A program made the position numbers and the translations under genes. Positions 31,532-41,806 of a DNA stretch of 64,000 bases are shown piece after piece. The notes under the pieces were generated by a model. That model was given only the letters and a program-made list of their open reading frames with translations. It was not told the origin of the DNA and did no database searches. The stretch covers positions 448,001-512,000 of the forward strand of contig CAVPOC010000003.1 in NCBI GenBank assembly GCA_963706955.1, given 5' to 3'. The stretch's first letter is position 1, and every line of letters starts with the position of its first letter. The DNA is from an uncultured Verrucomicrobiae bacterium. Lineage in GTDB: Bacteria; Verrucomicrobiota; Verrucomicrobiia; Chthoniobacterales; Terrimicrobiaceae.

Positions 31532-34444
31532 CTAGTGTTTGGCCGATTCGAAGGGAAGCCTGACGCTGAAGCGGGTTCCGTTCGGCCCGGTGCTGAACTC
31601 GATTTTTCCTCCGTGGCGTTCGACAACGATTCTGTGGCTGATGACTAGTCCGAGGCCGGTTCCCGAGCGACCCTTCGTGGTAAAAAATGGGACGGAGAAG
31701 ATATGTGGCTGGGCTTCTGCGGGGATTCCGCTGCCGTTGTCCGAGATCTCGACCAAGAAGAACGGACCGTCACGCCTGGTCCGAATATCGATTTGCCCGG
31801 TTCCGTTCACGGCATAGATGGCATTGTCGATGAGGTTGGTCCACACCTGATTGAGCTCGCCGCCATAGGCGCAGATTTGCGGAAGCGTGCGGTCAAAATC
31901 GCGCGTGACGGTGGCGTTTTTCAGTTTGTGACCCAGGATGATCAACGTGTTTTCGATTCCCTCATGGACATCGATCTCCTGCCAGGGAGCCTGATCCATG
32001 AACGAATAAGACTTTACGGCGTCAACCAGCTCTGAGATGCGCTCGGTCGAATGCGTGATGGACTTGAGCAAGTCGCGCGTAGTGATGTTCGCCGTCAGCC
32101 AGCGGAGGGCATTCATGAGGTCCTGCGGCGGCACTGTTCGTTTCAGCGTCTGGAGCTCATCTTCACCAATGCGAGCGTTTACAAGCACCGGAGCCAGCTC
32201 CCAGGCGTCCTCGACATTTTGAGCGTTGAGCCAGTTTTCGACGGCCTCTTCCCGGTCGCTCTGTTCAAGAGGATTCAATTTTGGCTGAGTCTCGTTGCAG
32301 TGCACGGCGTCCTGGGCCGCGGCAACCAACTGCAGCCACTGCTCCGCGCTGAGCGTCTGATCGAGCTCACAGGCAAAGTCCTGGACCTGTTCCACATTCT
32401 CGCGGAGGTTGCGCGCGGCGTTGTGCGCGGCGGTGGCCGGATTATTCAGCTCGTGGGCAAGGCCTGCGGCCATCGCGCCGAGTTGCGCAAGTTTTTCCCG
32501 CTCCTGTGTATACCCCTCCATATTGCGTAAACGCGTGGCCAGAGTTCGCATGATCTCCCGTGCGACCTGCGGCGCTGTGCGAAGCAAATCCCAAAATCCC
32601 GCCCGCGGAAGGCTGAAAATGCGCCCGTCGCTGATCGCTCGAATGCGCACAACGTGTGAGATGTCGAGCAGGATTTGGATCTCGCCGAAGAACTCACCCG
32701 GTTCCAACACCCCAAGAAAAATCTCCTGATTGTCGAAAAACTTCGTCACCCGCAGCTCGCCTTCAAGCATGACATGAAAATAGTGCGAGGCGTCGCCTTC
32801 GCTAATGACGGTGTCACCGGTCTTGAATCGCATCTCTTGTCCCGTCGAAAAGCAGGCACGTTCTACGCTGCCCAGCGTCGCAAAGAGGGGGATGTCGAAG
32901 ACGGTGGCGAAGGCGCCGTCTGCAACAGGCACCGCTGGTGAAGAAGCGGCCGGACCGATCTCTTCAAAGCGTTCGGCAAGCTCTGCCATAACAACGCGAT
33001 TGGCCGCGAGCGCCTCAGGGGCATCGTTTCGCTCAATCCGATGGACCGGCAATCGCACGATGAAGCGTGTCTCCCCCGGCTTGGACTCGACCTCGATTTC
33101 CCCGCCGTGGCGGTCTCCAACAATTCCCTGGCTGATTGTCAGGCCGAGACCCTTCCCCGAGCCAACACCCTTGGTCGTGAAAAATGGCTCGAAAATCCGC
33201 GAGATATTTTTCGGCGCGACGCCTGGTCCGTTGTCGACTATCTCGACAACGGTTTGGTTGTCTTCACGGTGCGAGCGGATGGAGATCTCACCGCTGCTGC
33301 CGATCGCATCGATCGCATTGTCGAGAAGGTTGACCCAGACTTGCGCCAACTCGCTCGGGTAACCGCGCACCTTCCAGCCCTCGGTCGAAAAGTGCTGGGT
33401 GACATGAATATTTTTCAGCTTCGACTCGAGCAATGAGAGAGCGCTCCTGATTTGCTCAGGAACGTCGATATCGGCCGTTTCGGCGCGTTCCTGGCGGGCG
33501 CTGGAGCGCACCGCATCGACCAAGCTCGCGATTCGTCCGGTAGATTGCTCCGCGTCATCGAGCAGGGACCGGATCGTCAACCGCAGTGCTATCCATCGGA
33601 TGGCGTTGCCGAAAGCGCCCGGCGGAAGCTCGACGCGCAGCGAAGCGAGCTTGCCAGATTCCACTCCGGCGCCGACGAGGATCGGCGCGATCTTCCAGGC
33701 GTTGGGGACGCCATTTTCCTTCAGCCAGGCGCCGAGCACATCCTCGGAGTCGCTCTGCTCGATCGAGTGATTGGAGCCGGTGGCCGCAGGGCTCTTCAAA
33801 GCATCATCGGCGAGCTTGATCAAGCGGTCCCAATGATCTCCCTCGAGTGTTTGATGAAGCTCATGAGCGACGGCTTGAATCGTCTGGATGAGCTCTCCCA
33901 GATAAACAGCAACGCGCTGCGCGGCGGCGGCCGGATTGTTTAGTTCATGTGCCAAACCTGCGGACATGCGTCCAAGGGAAGCGAGTTTTTCCTGTTGACG
34001 GTTAGATCCCTCCAGGTTCCGCAGCCGCACTGCCATCGCTCGAAAAATTTCGCCGGCAATCGAGGGGCACAACCGCAGCAAGCCCCAAAAGCCCTCCGCG
34101 GGAAAAACGATGAGCCTTGAGTCCACTTCGGCGCGCGCAGTCAGGATGTAGGGGACATCGAGCAATAGGGGCACTTCCCCGAAAAATGCGCCCGGGCGAT
34201 AGCGGGCGACAACAACGCGTTGGTCGCCGTACATTTTCGAGACGCTGACCTCGCCTTCCAAGAGAACGAAAAAGCGCGTCGCAGGCGCGCCTTCCTCGAT
34301 CAAGATTTCGCCGGCTACCAGCCTCCGTTCTTCGGCACGCCCAATGCAGGCTCGATCCGCGTCCTGAAGATCGGAAAAGAGGGGAATGCTGCGGAGCTGA
34401 TCGAGCAACAGATCAGAATCGGTAGCGGGTGTGGTCGCGCTCAA
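31532..34444 (-). CDS. Histidine kinase with tandem duplicated cNMP-binding-HisKA-HATPase modules
   Basis: Two FFGE cNMP-like domains, two AHELNNP H-boxes, two sets of N/G1/F/G2 boxes; TTG start overlaps upstream stop (TTGA). Confidence 0.9.
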   Translation of the reverse strand: MSATTPATDSDLLLDQLRSIPLFSDLQDADRACIGRAEERRLVAGEILIEEGAPATRFFVLLEGEVSVSKMYGDQRVVVARYRPGAFFGEVPLLLDVPYILTARAEVDSRLIVFPAEGFWGLLRLCPSIAGEIFRAMAVRLRNLEGSNRQQEKLASLGRMSAGLAHELNNPAAAAQRVAVYLGELIQTIQAVAHELHQTLEGDHWDRLIKLADDALKSPAATGSNHSIEQSDSEDVLGAWLKENGVPNAWKIAPILVGAGVESGKLASLRVELPPGAFGNAIRWIALRLTIRSLLDDAEQSTGRIASLVDAVRSSARQERAETADIDVPEQIRSALSLLESKLKNIHVTQHFSTEGWKVRGYPSELAQVWVNLLDNAIDAIGSSGEISIRSHREDNQTVVEIVDNGPGVAPKNISRIFEPFFTTKGVGSGKGLGLTISQGIVGDRHGGEIEVESKPGETRFIVRLPVHRIERNDAPEALAANRVVMAELAERFEEIGPAASSPAVPVADGAFATVFDIPLFATLGSVERACFSTGQEMRFKTGDTVISEGDASHYFHVMLEGELRVTKFFDNQEIFLGVLEPGEFFGEIQILLDISHVVRIRAISDGRIFSLPRAGFWDLLRTAPQVAREIMRTLATRLRNMEGYTQEREKLAQLGAMAAGLAHELNNPATAAHNAARNLRENVEQVQDFACELDQTLSAEQWLQLVAAAQDAVHCNETQPKLNPLEQSDREEAVENWLNAQNVEDAWELAPVLVNARIGEDELQTLKRTVPPQDLMNALRWLTANITTRDLLKSITHSTERISELVDAVKSYSFMDQAPWQEIDVHEGIENTLIILGHKLKNATVTRDFDRTLPQICAYGGELNQVWTNLIDNAIYAVNGTGQIDIRTRRDGPFFLVEISDNGSGIPAEAQPHIFSVPFFTTKGRSGTGLGLVISHRIVVERHGGKIEFSTGPNGTRFSVRLPFESAKH

Positions 34445-36099
34445 AATCGGTTCAAGTATTGATGGATCAGTTCGATGGCGATCGATCCTTCGCCGACGGC
34501 GGAGGCCACCCGTTTGATCGAGCCGTGGCGCACGTCGCCGGCGACAAAGATTCCGGGAACGTTCGTCTCGAGCAGGAACGGATCTCGCTGGAGAGTCCAG
34601 TTCCGCGGGCGTCGTCCATGGATGGTCAGGTCAGGACCGGATAGGATGAAGCCATACTGGTCGCACTCGATCAAATCCGCGATCGCACTGGTATGAGGCA
34701 TGGCGCCAATGAAGATGAACAGCGCAATCGCCGGAACCCCCTTCACGTCGCCAGTTTCGTCATTGGCGATCGTGATCTCGTCGAGTCTGCCGTTTCCTTT
34801 TGCTTCGACGACGCGCGAGCGAGACTGCACCGCTATGTTCGGAGTTCTTGCGATCTGATCGATCAGGTACTGCGACATCGTCTTGGCGAGCGACTCACCG
34901 CGGACGATCATGGTAACGCGTTTGGCAAATCGCGAGAGATACATCGCCGCCTGTCCCGCAGAATTGCCGGCGCCAACGATGTAAGCATCCTCGTTGGTGC
35001 ACGAGATCGCTTCCGTGGCGGCTGCACCATAATAGACGCCGGCACCAGTCAACTTGTCGACTCCAGGGATCTCGAGGCGTCGATAGGAAACGCCAGTCGC
35101 GATCAGGAGCGCCTGGCAACTGATTTCACTGCCATCGCTTAGCGTGATCACCCGATAAGGACCATTCAGGCGAATTTTGGTTGCGTGTTGCGGGGTTAGA
35201 ATTTCGGCGCCGAATCGTCGGGCCTGCGCGACCGCACGACGCGCAAGATCGCCACCACTCAGCCCGGAGGGGAATCCGAGATAGTTCTCAATGCGCGAAC
35301 TCGATCCAGCCTGCCCTCCCGGCGCTTCCCGCTCGATCATCACCGTGGTGAGTCCTTCCGAAGCTCCGTAAACTGCCGCTGCCAGCCCCGCCGGCCCCGC
35401 GCCGACGATTCCGAGGTCGTACGATGGCATGAGCGCGCGTGTCTTAAGACCGACCTTCTTCGCCACCAATTCCGCCGTCGGCTCTCTCACCCGTGAACCG
35501 TCCGGGAAGAGGACGAGCGGAAGGTTCTTCCCATCTCCCGCTTGCTCATCGAGCTTGCGAGCTTCAGGGTCAATTTCGACGTCCAGCCATTGGAAGGGGA
35601 TCTGATTTCTGGCGAGGAAATCCTTGACCGCATGTGCCTGGGGCGACCACTTCAGCCCAACCACGCGGACGCCCTCAAAGGGAGGATGAAACGTCGCCAG
35701 CCAATCTGCAAGCAGGTCGTCGAGGACCGGGTAGAGCCGCTCTTCAGGCGGGTCCCACGGCTTCATCAGATAGTAGTCGATTTGAACTGAGTTGATGGCG
35801 TTGATGGCCGCGTCCGTGTCGGCGTAGGCGGTGAGCAAGGCACGCTTCACGCTGGGAAAGTCTTTCAGTGCCTCTGCCAGAAACTCGACGCCCGACATCC
35901 GTGGCATTCGCTGATCGACCAGAAAGAGCGCCAGCGCTTCATTGCGCAGCTTGAGCTGTTTCACGAGCTCGAGGGCCGTCGGACCCGAGTCCGCTCGCAT
36001 CACCCGAAATCTTTCCCCGTATTGCCGACGCAAATCCCGCTCAACGGCGCGGAGAACATCTACGTCGTCGTCAACTGTCAGAATTACCGGCTTCTTCAT
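34441..36099 (-). CDS. Receiver domain fused to glutaredoxin-like and thioredoxin-reductase-like FAD oxidoreductase domains
   Basis: REC: VDDD, DQRMP, LTAY, KPW; GAGPAG, IENYLGFP, ATG, GAGNSA, GDVR, AVGEG. Confidence 0.9.
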   Translation of the reverse strand: MKKPVILTVDDDVDVLRAVERDLRRQYGERFRVMRADSGPTALELVKQLKLRNEALALFLVDQRMPRMSGVEFLAEALKDFPSVKRALLTAYADTDAAINAINSVQIDYYLMKPWDPPEERLYPVLDDLLADWLATFHPPFEGVRVVGLKWSPQAHAVKDFLARNQIPFQWLDVEIDPEARKLDEQAGDGKNLPLVLFPDGSRVREPTAELVAKKVGLKTRALMPSYDLGIVGAGPAGLAAAVYGASEGLTTVMIEREAPGGQAGSSSRIENYLGFPSGLSGGDLARRAVAQARRFGAEILTPQHATKIRLNGPYRVITLSDGSEISCQALLIATGVSYRRLEIPGVDKLTGAGVYYGAAATEAISCTNEDAYIVGAGNSAGQAAMYLSRFAKRVTMIVRGESLAKTMSQYLIDQIARTPNIAVQSRSRVVEAKGNGRLDEITIANDETGDVKGVPAIALFIFIGAMPHTSAIADLIECDQYGFILSGPDLTIHGRRPRNWTLQRDPFLLETNVPGIFVAGDVRHGSIKRVASAVGEGSIAIELIHQYLNRF

Positions 36100-36255
36100 T
36101 CTTTCTCGAGCGACAACCGGGCCTTCGCTTCGATCAACGGCGGAGTTTCATCCTCCAAGGCTGGAGGTTGCGTCCGGTTGTCCGAAAACCGAAAGTAGTT
36201 TGGTAGCCATTCAACGTAGTCGCCCTCATCCGCCGCGCTAGTGAAGGTCATCTCG

Positions 36256-37647
36256 TCAAAGATTGATCGCGGTGCCATGGGCGGCGTGGACAGCTTCGAA
36301 GACCGCTTCGCTGAGGGTGGGATGCGCGTGAATGGTCGCGGAGATTTCGTCGTAAGTCAGCTCCGAGGCAATGGCGAGACCGAGTTCAGCGATCATTTCT
36401 GTCGCGTCGGGTCCAATGATGTGCGCTCCGAGGATTTCGCCGTGCGGTTCGCCGACAATCACCTTAACGAAGCCTTCGCTTTCACCAATGGCCCGAGCCT
36501 TGCCGCTGGCGATGAACGGCATCTTGCCAACCTTGAACTTCAGGCCTTTCTCCTTCGCAGCCCGTTCAGTAAGCCCCACGCTGGCGACTTGTGGGTGACA
36601 ATAGGTGCAACCCGGAAAAACTGTCACTTTCTTCGGCTGGTGGCCGGGAACAAAAAGTCCCTCGACAGTTTGGATGGCCTCGAAACTGGCTACGTGCGCA
36701 AGCCACGGCGGGCCGATGATGTCCCCCGCCGCGTAAACGCCGGGAACTGTGGTCTCATAGCGTTCGTTGACCTTGATGAATCCCTTCTCATCCAGGCCGA
36801 TCTTGAGCGATCCTGCGGGCAAGACAGGAGCAACTCCGATGGCCACCAACGCGATCTCTGCATCGAGAGTTTTTTCGGAGCCTTTGGAGTCGGCAACGGT
36901 GATCTTGACGCCCTGGTCGTTCGCCTCCGTTTTGGTTGTCTTATGACTGGTGAGCAGTTGGATGCCCTGCTTTGAAAGGGACTTTTCGAGCGCTTGTGAT
37001 ACCTCGGTGTCCTCGATTGGGAGGATGTTCGGCAGCATTTCGACAACGGTCACTTTTGTGCCGAAGGCGTTGAAGATGTAGGCGAACTCTATGCCGATGG
37101 CTCCGGCGCCGATAATGATGATGGATTTGGGAAGTTGTTCGAGAGCGACGGCTTCCTTTGAGCCAATAACTCTCTTGCCGTCAAATGTCAGCCCTGGCAA
37201 GGGTCGCGAGACACACCCGGTGGTAATCAGAATGTTCTTCGCGGAGTGTGTTTCCTCTTTTCCATCAGCTGCGTGCACCTTCACTTCTCCAGGCTTGTCT
37301 AGAGACGCCTCACCGCGCAGCGGATCGATCTTGTTCTTCTTGAAAAGGAAGTCAACGCCTGCAGACCCCTTTAAGCTGATGTCTCGAGAACGCTTGACGA
37401 TCTTGCTCCAGTCAAAATTCAGTCCATTGAACGCGAAGCCGAATTCCGCCGCGCGGTCTTTCATGTCATGATAAAGCTCTGCGTTTTTCAGGAGTGCCTT
37501 TGTCGGAATGCAACCCCAGTTGTTGCAGGTGCCGCCGTAGCGTTCCCGGTCCACGCAGGCAACCTTCTTGCCAAGCTGTGCCGCGCGGATGGCGCCTTCG
37601 TAGCCGGCCGGACCGGCTCCAATAACAATCAAGTCGTAATTTGCCAT
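36256..37647 (-). CDS. lpdA: Dihydrolipoyl dehydrogenase
   Basis: GAGPAG, GGTCNNWGCIPTK redox disulfide, GAGAIG.E, HAHPTLSE; ATG at 37647. Confidence 0.95.
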   Translation of the reverse strand: MANYDLIVIGAGPAGYEGAIRAAQLGKKVACVDRERYGGTCNNWGCIPTKALLKNAELYHDMKDRAAEFGFAFNGLNFDWSKIVKRSRDISLKGSAGVDFLFKKNKIDPLRGEASLDKPGEVKVHAADGKEETHSAKNILITTGCVSRPLPGLTFDGKRVIGSKEAVALEQLPKSIIIIGAGAIGIEFAYIFNAFGTKVTVVEMLPNILPIEDTEVSQALEKSLSKQGIQLLTSHKTTKTEANDQGVKITVADSKGSEKTLDAEIALVAIGVAPVLPAGSLKIGLDEKGFIKVNERYETTVPGVYAAGDIIGPPWLAHVASFEAIQTVEGLFVPGHQPKKVTVFPGCTYCHPQVASVGLTERAAKEKGLKFKVGKMPFIASGKARAIGESEGFVKVIVGEPHGEILGAHIIGPDATEMIAELGLAIASELTYDEISATIHAHPTLSEAVFEAVHAAHGTAINL

Positions 37648-37840
37648 ATGAAGAAGAGTCTGGTTCGCCAGTAAGGCACCGGCGAGTAGAAACAATTTTG
37701 TGAGATGATGTGTAAGCTCTAAGTGCAAGATCATCACCCACGAACTGGACTGGAGCAACGGTCTTGTTTCAGTGCGGGCTACGCGAGCTTCCCCGCCGAA
37801 CGGTATTCTCCTTAGAGACTGTCGTCCTCGACATGTTTTC

Positions 37841-37947
37841 GGGGAGCGCACGCGTCACCGCGTCACCGCGTGCCATTTCCGGCGTTTCGCCGGAAGCCCT
37901 GTTCGGCGAGACGCCGAACACCACACGCGAGGACGCGTATGCTCCCC
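37841..37947. repeat. REP-like family B element
   Basis: GGGGAGCGCACGCG...TTCGGCGAGACGCCGAA...CACGCGAGGACGCGTATGCTCCCC. Confidence 0.8.
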
Positions 37948-38052
37948 AGACTATTGTCGTCCGAGATTGAGCTCCTCTGTTTTACCTTGGACAAGCGCGA
38001 TGTGGCCGCGTGTTCCTGAGCAATTGAAAACTGCGAGCTGCCTCTGCGCCAG

Positions 38053-39571
38053 CTACTGTCTCCATTCGAGCGGCGTATTTGAAGGCAGTAGCCGGACTGC
38101 CCGAGCGATATCCCAATTGGTCAAGCGCAAACCGCCGATGCTCTCCAGTGTGTTCATTTGCTCGGGAATGCTTGTGCCGTGCAGACCGTAGGGGAGCGGG
38201 TCGGGACTGTCGGATTTTGCGAGGTCGATCCAGATGATACCGATTGGGTTTCTCGGACCTGCGGCGAGAAACTGCTCCGACGCAAGCTTCGGCTTGGTTG
38301 GTGTCGGCGTTGGCGTCGGCGTCGAGCTTCCAAAAAGGGGACCAGGTTTCTTGGAGACTTCCCTCCATGCCTCCTGACGGGTTGCCAGGCGCGGACGCGG
38401 AATCGCGCTGCGAATCGTCCAGGTGCCCCGCCCACGCAAACCAGGACGCGCTATCGACAAGGGAAAGACCGCTACAAGCGTGCCCTTACGGTAGATATTC
38501 AGCTGCGAGAGCCCTTCAATGGCAGCGGTGATGGGATTCTCTGGATCGGCTTGCGGCTGCAGCGGCTCCTCCAATGCTTTCTCGATTTCAAACGGAACTA
38601 CGTTAGGAACTCGAAACTGGGCGCCGATCCCTGGAACAGCTGGCAGACCGCTGTTAAGTGCTCGCAGATACGCCTCGCTGCAATGAAACCGCTCCGCGAC
38701 GAATTCCCACGGACTGCGATACGCCAGCATCGGACTCGCAATAAGCCGCTCATAGGCGGGGGAAGATTTGCCCACGACCGGAGAGCCGGAAGCCCGGCCG
38801 CTCGCCGGCGCTGCCTCTGGACCGTGATGCTCGCCCGGAAACGGCCGTCTCCGCTCGTGGCGGCGAGATGAATCGGAAGTCCTCTCGTTTAAGTTCGTAG
38901 GGGACAAAGACCTCGCTAATGGCCGCCTGTGCCTTCTCCGCTAAGGCGGCATCATCCTTAGCGTCAGCATGATTGCTCTGATAAAGGAATTTAACTTTGC
39001 CGAATGTCGCGGTCGGTTTACCGGTGATTGGACCAGACGAAAACTGCTCGCGATCAAGGAGAATCTGAAGCCGGACATGATTCAATTCCACTTCGGTCTC
39101 CTGACGCGCCGGCTTGGTGGCTTTGCCCTTCGGCGCCGAGATCTCAGCTGTGGCAGGTGACGGCTGCGCACGAGGCGCCGGGGGAGGAATTTTCAAGGTT
39201 TCGCCTGCGCGAATCAGATTGCTCCTTAACCCGTTGGCCTGCTTGATCTGATCCACGGTCACTCCAAACCTCTTCCCGATGAGGAAGAGTGCGTCGCCAC
39301 GCTGCACCTCATAAAGCGCAAATTGACCTTCAGTCGGCGTGGCTGCCGGCGTCGGTGTGGCCTGCGCCAAATGCGTTAAATCGGGCAGTTCAAGTCCCCA
39401 ATTCTTCGGATCCGACGGGACGACACGCCACTTCCAATCAACGGCAGTCTCCAATCCCGGCTCGACTCGTAGGGCCGCTCCTGTTTTGGAAGCAGCTGTC
39501 TGTCCTGAAGCATTCGCGCCGAGAGCTGCTGCCGCAGTCAGAATCAAGACGCACCTTGCCAGCGGACACAT
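38053..39571 (-). pseudogene. LysM + YkuD (L,D-transpeptidase-like) protein split by one frameshift near 38800-38850 (real or sequencing error)
   Basis: ORF 38750-39571: signal peptide, LysM (YEVQRGDAL..I..RFGV....IKQANGL). ORF 38053-38907: EFVAERFH....YL..LN, GPRNPIG..WI.L, YGLHGT. Confidence 0.75.
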
Positions 39572-39690
39572 AAACTAAGAATTAGCCTCTTTGGGTCCCG
39601 GCGCAAAGCGCCAACATTCTTGCGCAAAATCGGAAGGTCGTCACTCAACGGAGGTGACAAGCGGCCTATTTCCGGGAGAAAATTTCGCGC

Positions 39691-40101
39691 ATGAAGCTAG
39701 TTGGGATCCTCTCACTGGTATTGATCGGCGCCGTATTAGCGGGATGCAATCTGAAGGAAAAGTACGCCCGCAACAACCTCGCAGCCGATCAATGGCTGCA
39801 AGCGAACATCGGCTCAAGTGGTCTGAACGTTACGGGAGCGTGGGAGGCAGAGGAATCCGGGTGGGGAGACGTCCGCTTTGAGCAAAGTGGGTCGCAGGTG
39901 AACGGCGCCATGGGAAATTATTCCGCGCGAGGAGTTGTTCGTGGTCCACGACTATTCCTGGCCTTGAGTTCCGGCGGCTACGTTTACTACACCGCTGTTT
40001 TGACAATGAGGGGCGAAACGCTTAGCGGTTTCTATTCTTCATCGGTCCCCTTCGATCCCGCCGACCAGGCAGTGGTTACGCTACGGCGTATCGGTAACTA
40101 G
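39691..40101 (+). CDS. Hypothetical lipoprotein (beta-rich)
   Basis: Lipobox LAGC after a hydrophobic signal; 136 aa. Confidence 0.75.
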   Translation: MKLVGILSLVLIGAVLAGCNLKEKYARNNLAADQWLQANIGSSGLNVTGAWEAEESGWGDVRFEQSGSQVNGAMGNYSARGVVRGPRLFLALSSGGYVYYTAVLTMRGETLSGFYSSSVPFDPADQAVVTLRRIGN

Positions 40102-40198
40102 TGCCTTGAGCGCCAGCGCAAGCTGAAGCGCGTGGACCTGCTCGGCAGCGCGCGCGTATGCTTCCCAGAATACCCAGACGTCCATTCGTGGGTTTTCC

Positions 40199-41806
40199 TT
40201 ACAAGGTCTTGAGGTGCGCATGAAGGATCCGCTTGATCTCGGTGGCCGCGTCCGGGTGGAGGAAAGTTTCATGCCCAAAAGGGATGATCGTTTCCGATTC
40301 AGCGCCCTCGAGGTGGCTGCTCGCATAGGCCACCACGCCGTCGGTTCCTGTATGCACTGGTCCGGGGATTTTCTGACCAATGATGCTATGAAAGGGAAGT
40401 GCCGGTGGAATCGCCGCCAGGGCCATCAGCGCCGGACTGTTGGCGGAGAGCGTGCGAATTGAGCTAAGCTTTCCTTCCTTGATCAACCTTACGAGAAAAG
40501 GATTAATCTGATCGAGGTGGTTTGCGAGCAGCGAACGAAAAGCCTCCTGCACTTCGCGATCGGCACGATAAAGGCTTTGGCCGAGATTCCCAATCCAGTT
40601 GTCGGCCACCGAACTGCCGCGATGAGGAACAGAAATCAAGATTGCGCGGCGGACGCGCCGTTCGCGTTCGAACAGATAGATGGCATTGAGAACGCTGCTG
40701 GTATTCGCATCGCAAGCAAATACCTCTGGCCGCACTGTGATGACGCTATCCCAAAGTTTGTATTCGGAGTCACAGATCAACGTGTGAGCAAGGATCCCAC
40801 CCATACTATGGCCAAGCACCACAAGATGGTTGGTAGCAAAGTCTCTGCCGGATGGATCAAGCATGCTAAGGGTTTGGCCGAGAATCCGGCGAAAGACTGC
40901 AGCATTGTAGAGCACCGGAGTGCCAGTCCGATAGTGGTAATGCCAAATTTGGTATCGGGCATAAATCTCCCGATCGGCGAAGAGGTCGTTGACGAGATTG
41001 ACAAAAGAAACCGGCGTAGATTGCAGGCCATGCACCATGAGCAAAGGGATGCGGTTCGGATCGTAGCGCTGGATCAGGTAGAGCTTCTCACGTCGCGCAA
41101 TCGCCGAGGGATTCAACATTCCGCGAAATCCAGTTCGACGAAACGCTTCGGCAGTTCGGGCGAGTTTCGCACTGGGCGCAGTGAAGTTTGCCGCCAACGG
41201 ATGGGAACGCGCCCCCACTGACACGCTTTCTCTGGTATAGGGCGAGAGGAAGCGCAGCGTCCAGTGATCGCCCGAGCGCCGCTCAAGAAGAGCAGTCGCC
41301 GGCACGAAAATTCCTTCTGGGGGCCTCAGCATGTCCCACTTCTCGGAGTTATCATTGGGCCGCCAGGCAACCACCGGGACACCAACCCCGGGCCGCCTGT
41401 GAGAACGCATCAATCGAAAAGCAGGCACATGGTGTGCAATGCTGAATCTGTAGAGACCGCTCTCATCAAATTGATCGCTTTCGATCGTCAGTCCGACTTC
41501 GCGGCAAAGGTCGGTCCTCCGGTCTACGGGCAGAGCGTCAAACCATTCAACGAGTCGTGCCACCGACCGGTAGCTTTCCCGAAAGAAACGAGGATTCTCA
41601 GGATGGGCAAGCCACTCAAGGTGCGCAGCCTTTGCCAGCGCCAATGGCGCCTTGCGAACGTGCCACCGCCGCAGGAGGAGAGCGACGGTTCCTGCGAGCG
41701 CTACCGTTGCCAGCGCACACGAGAGTTCGCGGGCAAGTCTCGGTGAGCACGCCTGCCTTGACCACAGACGCGGCCGGCCATTGCCACGCTCGCCGCTCTT
41801 GGTCAC
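40199..41806 (-). CDS. Alpha/beta hydrolase (esterase/lipase-like) with N-terminal membrane anchor
   Basis: MVHGL.S.P, GHSMGG, PHRGS, DGVV.Y.SSH, GH; GTG start overlaps the pyc stop. Confidence 0.85.
   Translation of the reverse strand: MTKSGERGNGRPRLWSRQACSPRLARELSCALATVALAGTVALLLRRWHVRKAPLALAKAAHLEWLAHPENPRFFRESYRSVARLVEWFDALPVDRRTDLCREVGLTIESDQFDESGLYRFSIAHHVPAFRLMRSHRRPGVGVPVVAWRPNDNSEKWDMLRPPEGIFVPATALLERRSGDHWTLRFLSPYTRESVSVGARSHPLAANFTAPSAKLARTAEAFRRTGFRGMLNPSAIARREKLYLIQRYDPNRIPLLMVHGLQSTPVSFVNLVNDLFADREIYARYQIWHYHYRTGTPVLYNAAVFRRILGQTLSMLDPSGRDFATNHLVVLGHSMGGILAHTLICDSEYKLWDSVITVRPEVFACDANTSSVLNAIYLFERERRVRRAILISVPHRGSSVADNWIGNLGQSLYRADREVQEAFRSLLANHLDQINPFLVRLIKEGKLSSIRTLSANSPALMALAAIPPALPFHSIIGQKIPGPVHTGTDGVVAYASSHLEGAESETIIPFGHETFLHPDAATEIKRILHAHLKTL

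Noticed and set aside
38301..38323. GTCGGC/GTTGGC hexamer repeat
   Set aside because: Simply encodes a Pro-Thr linker (TPTPTPTP) in the YkuD-like protein.
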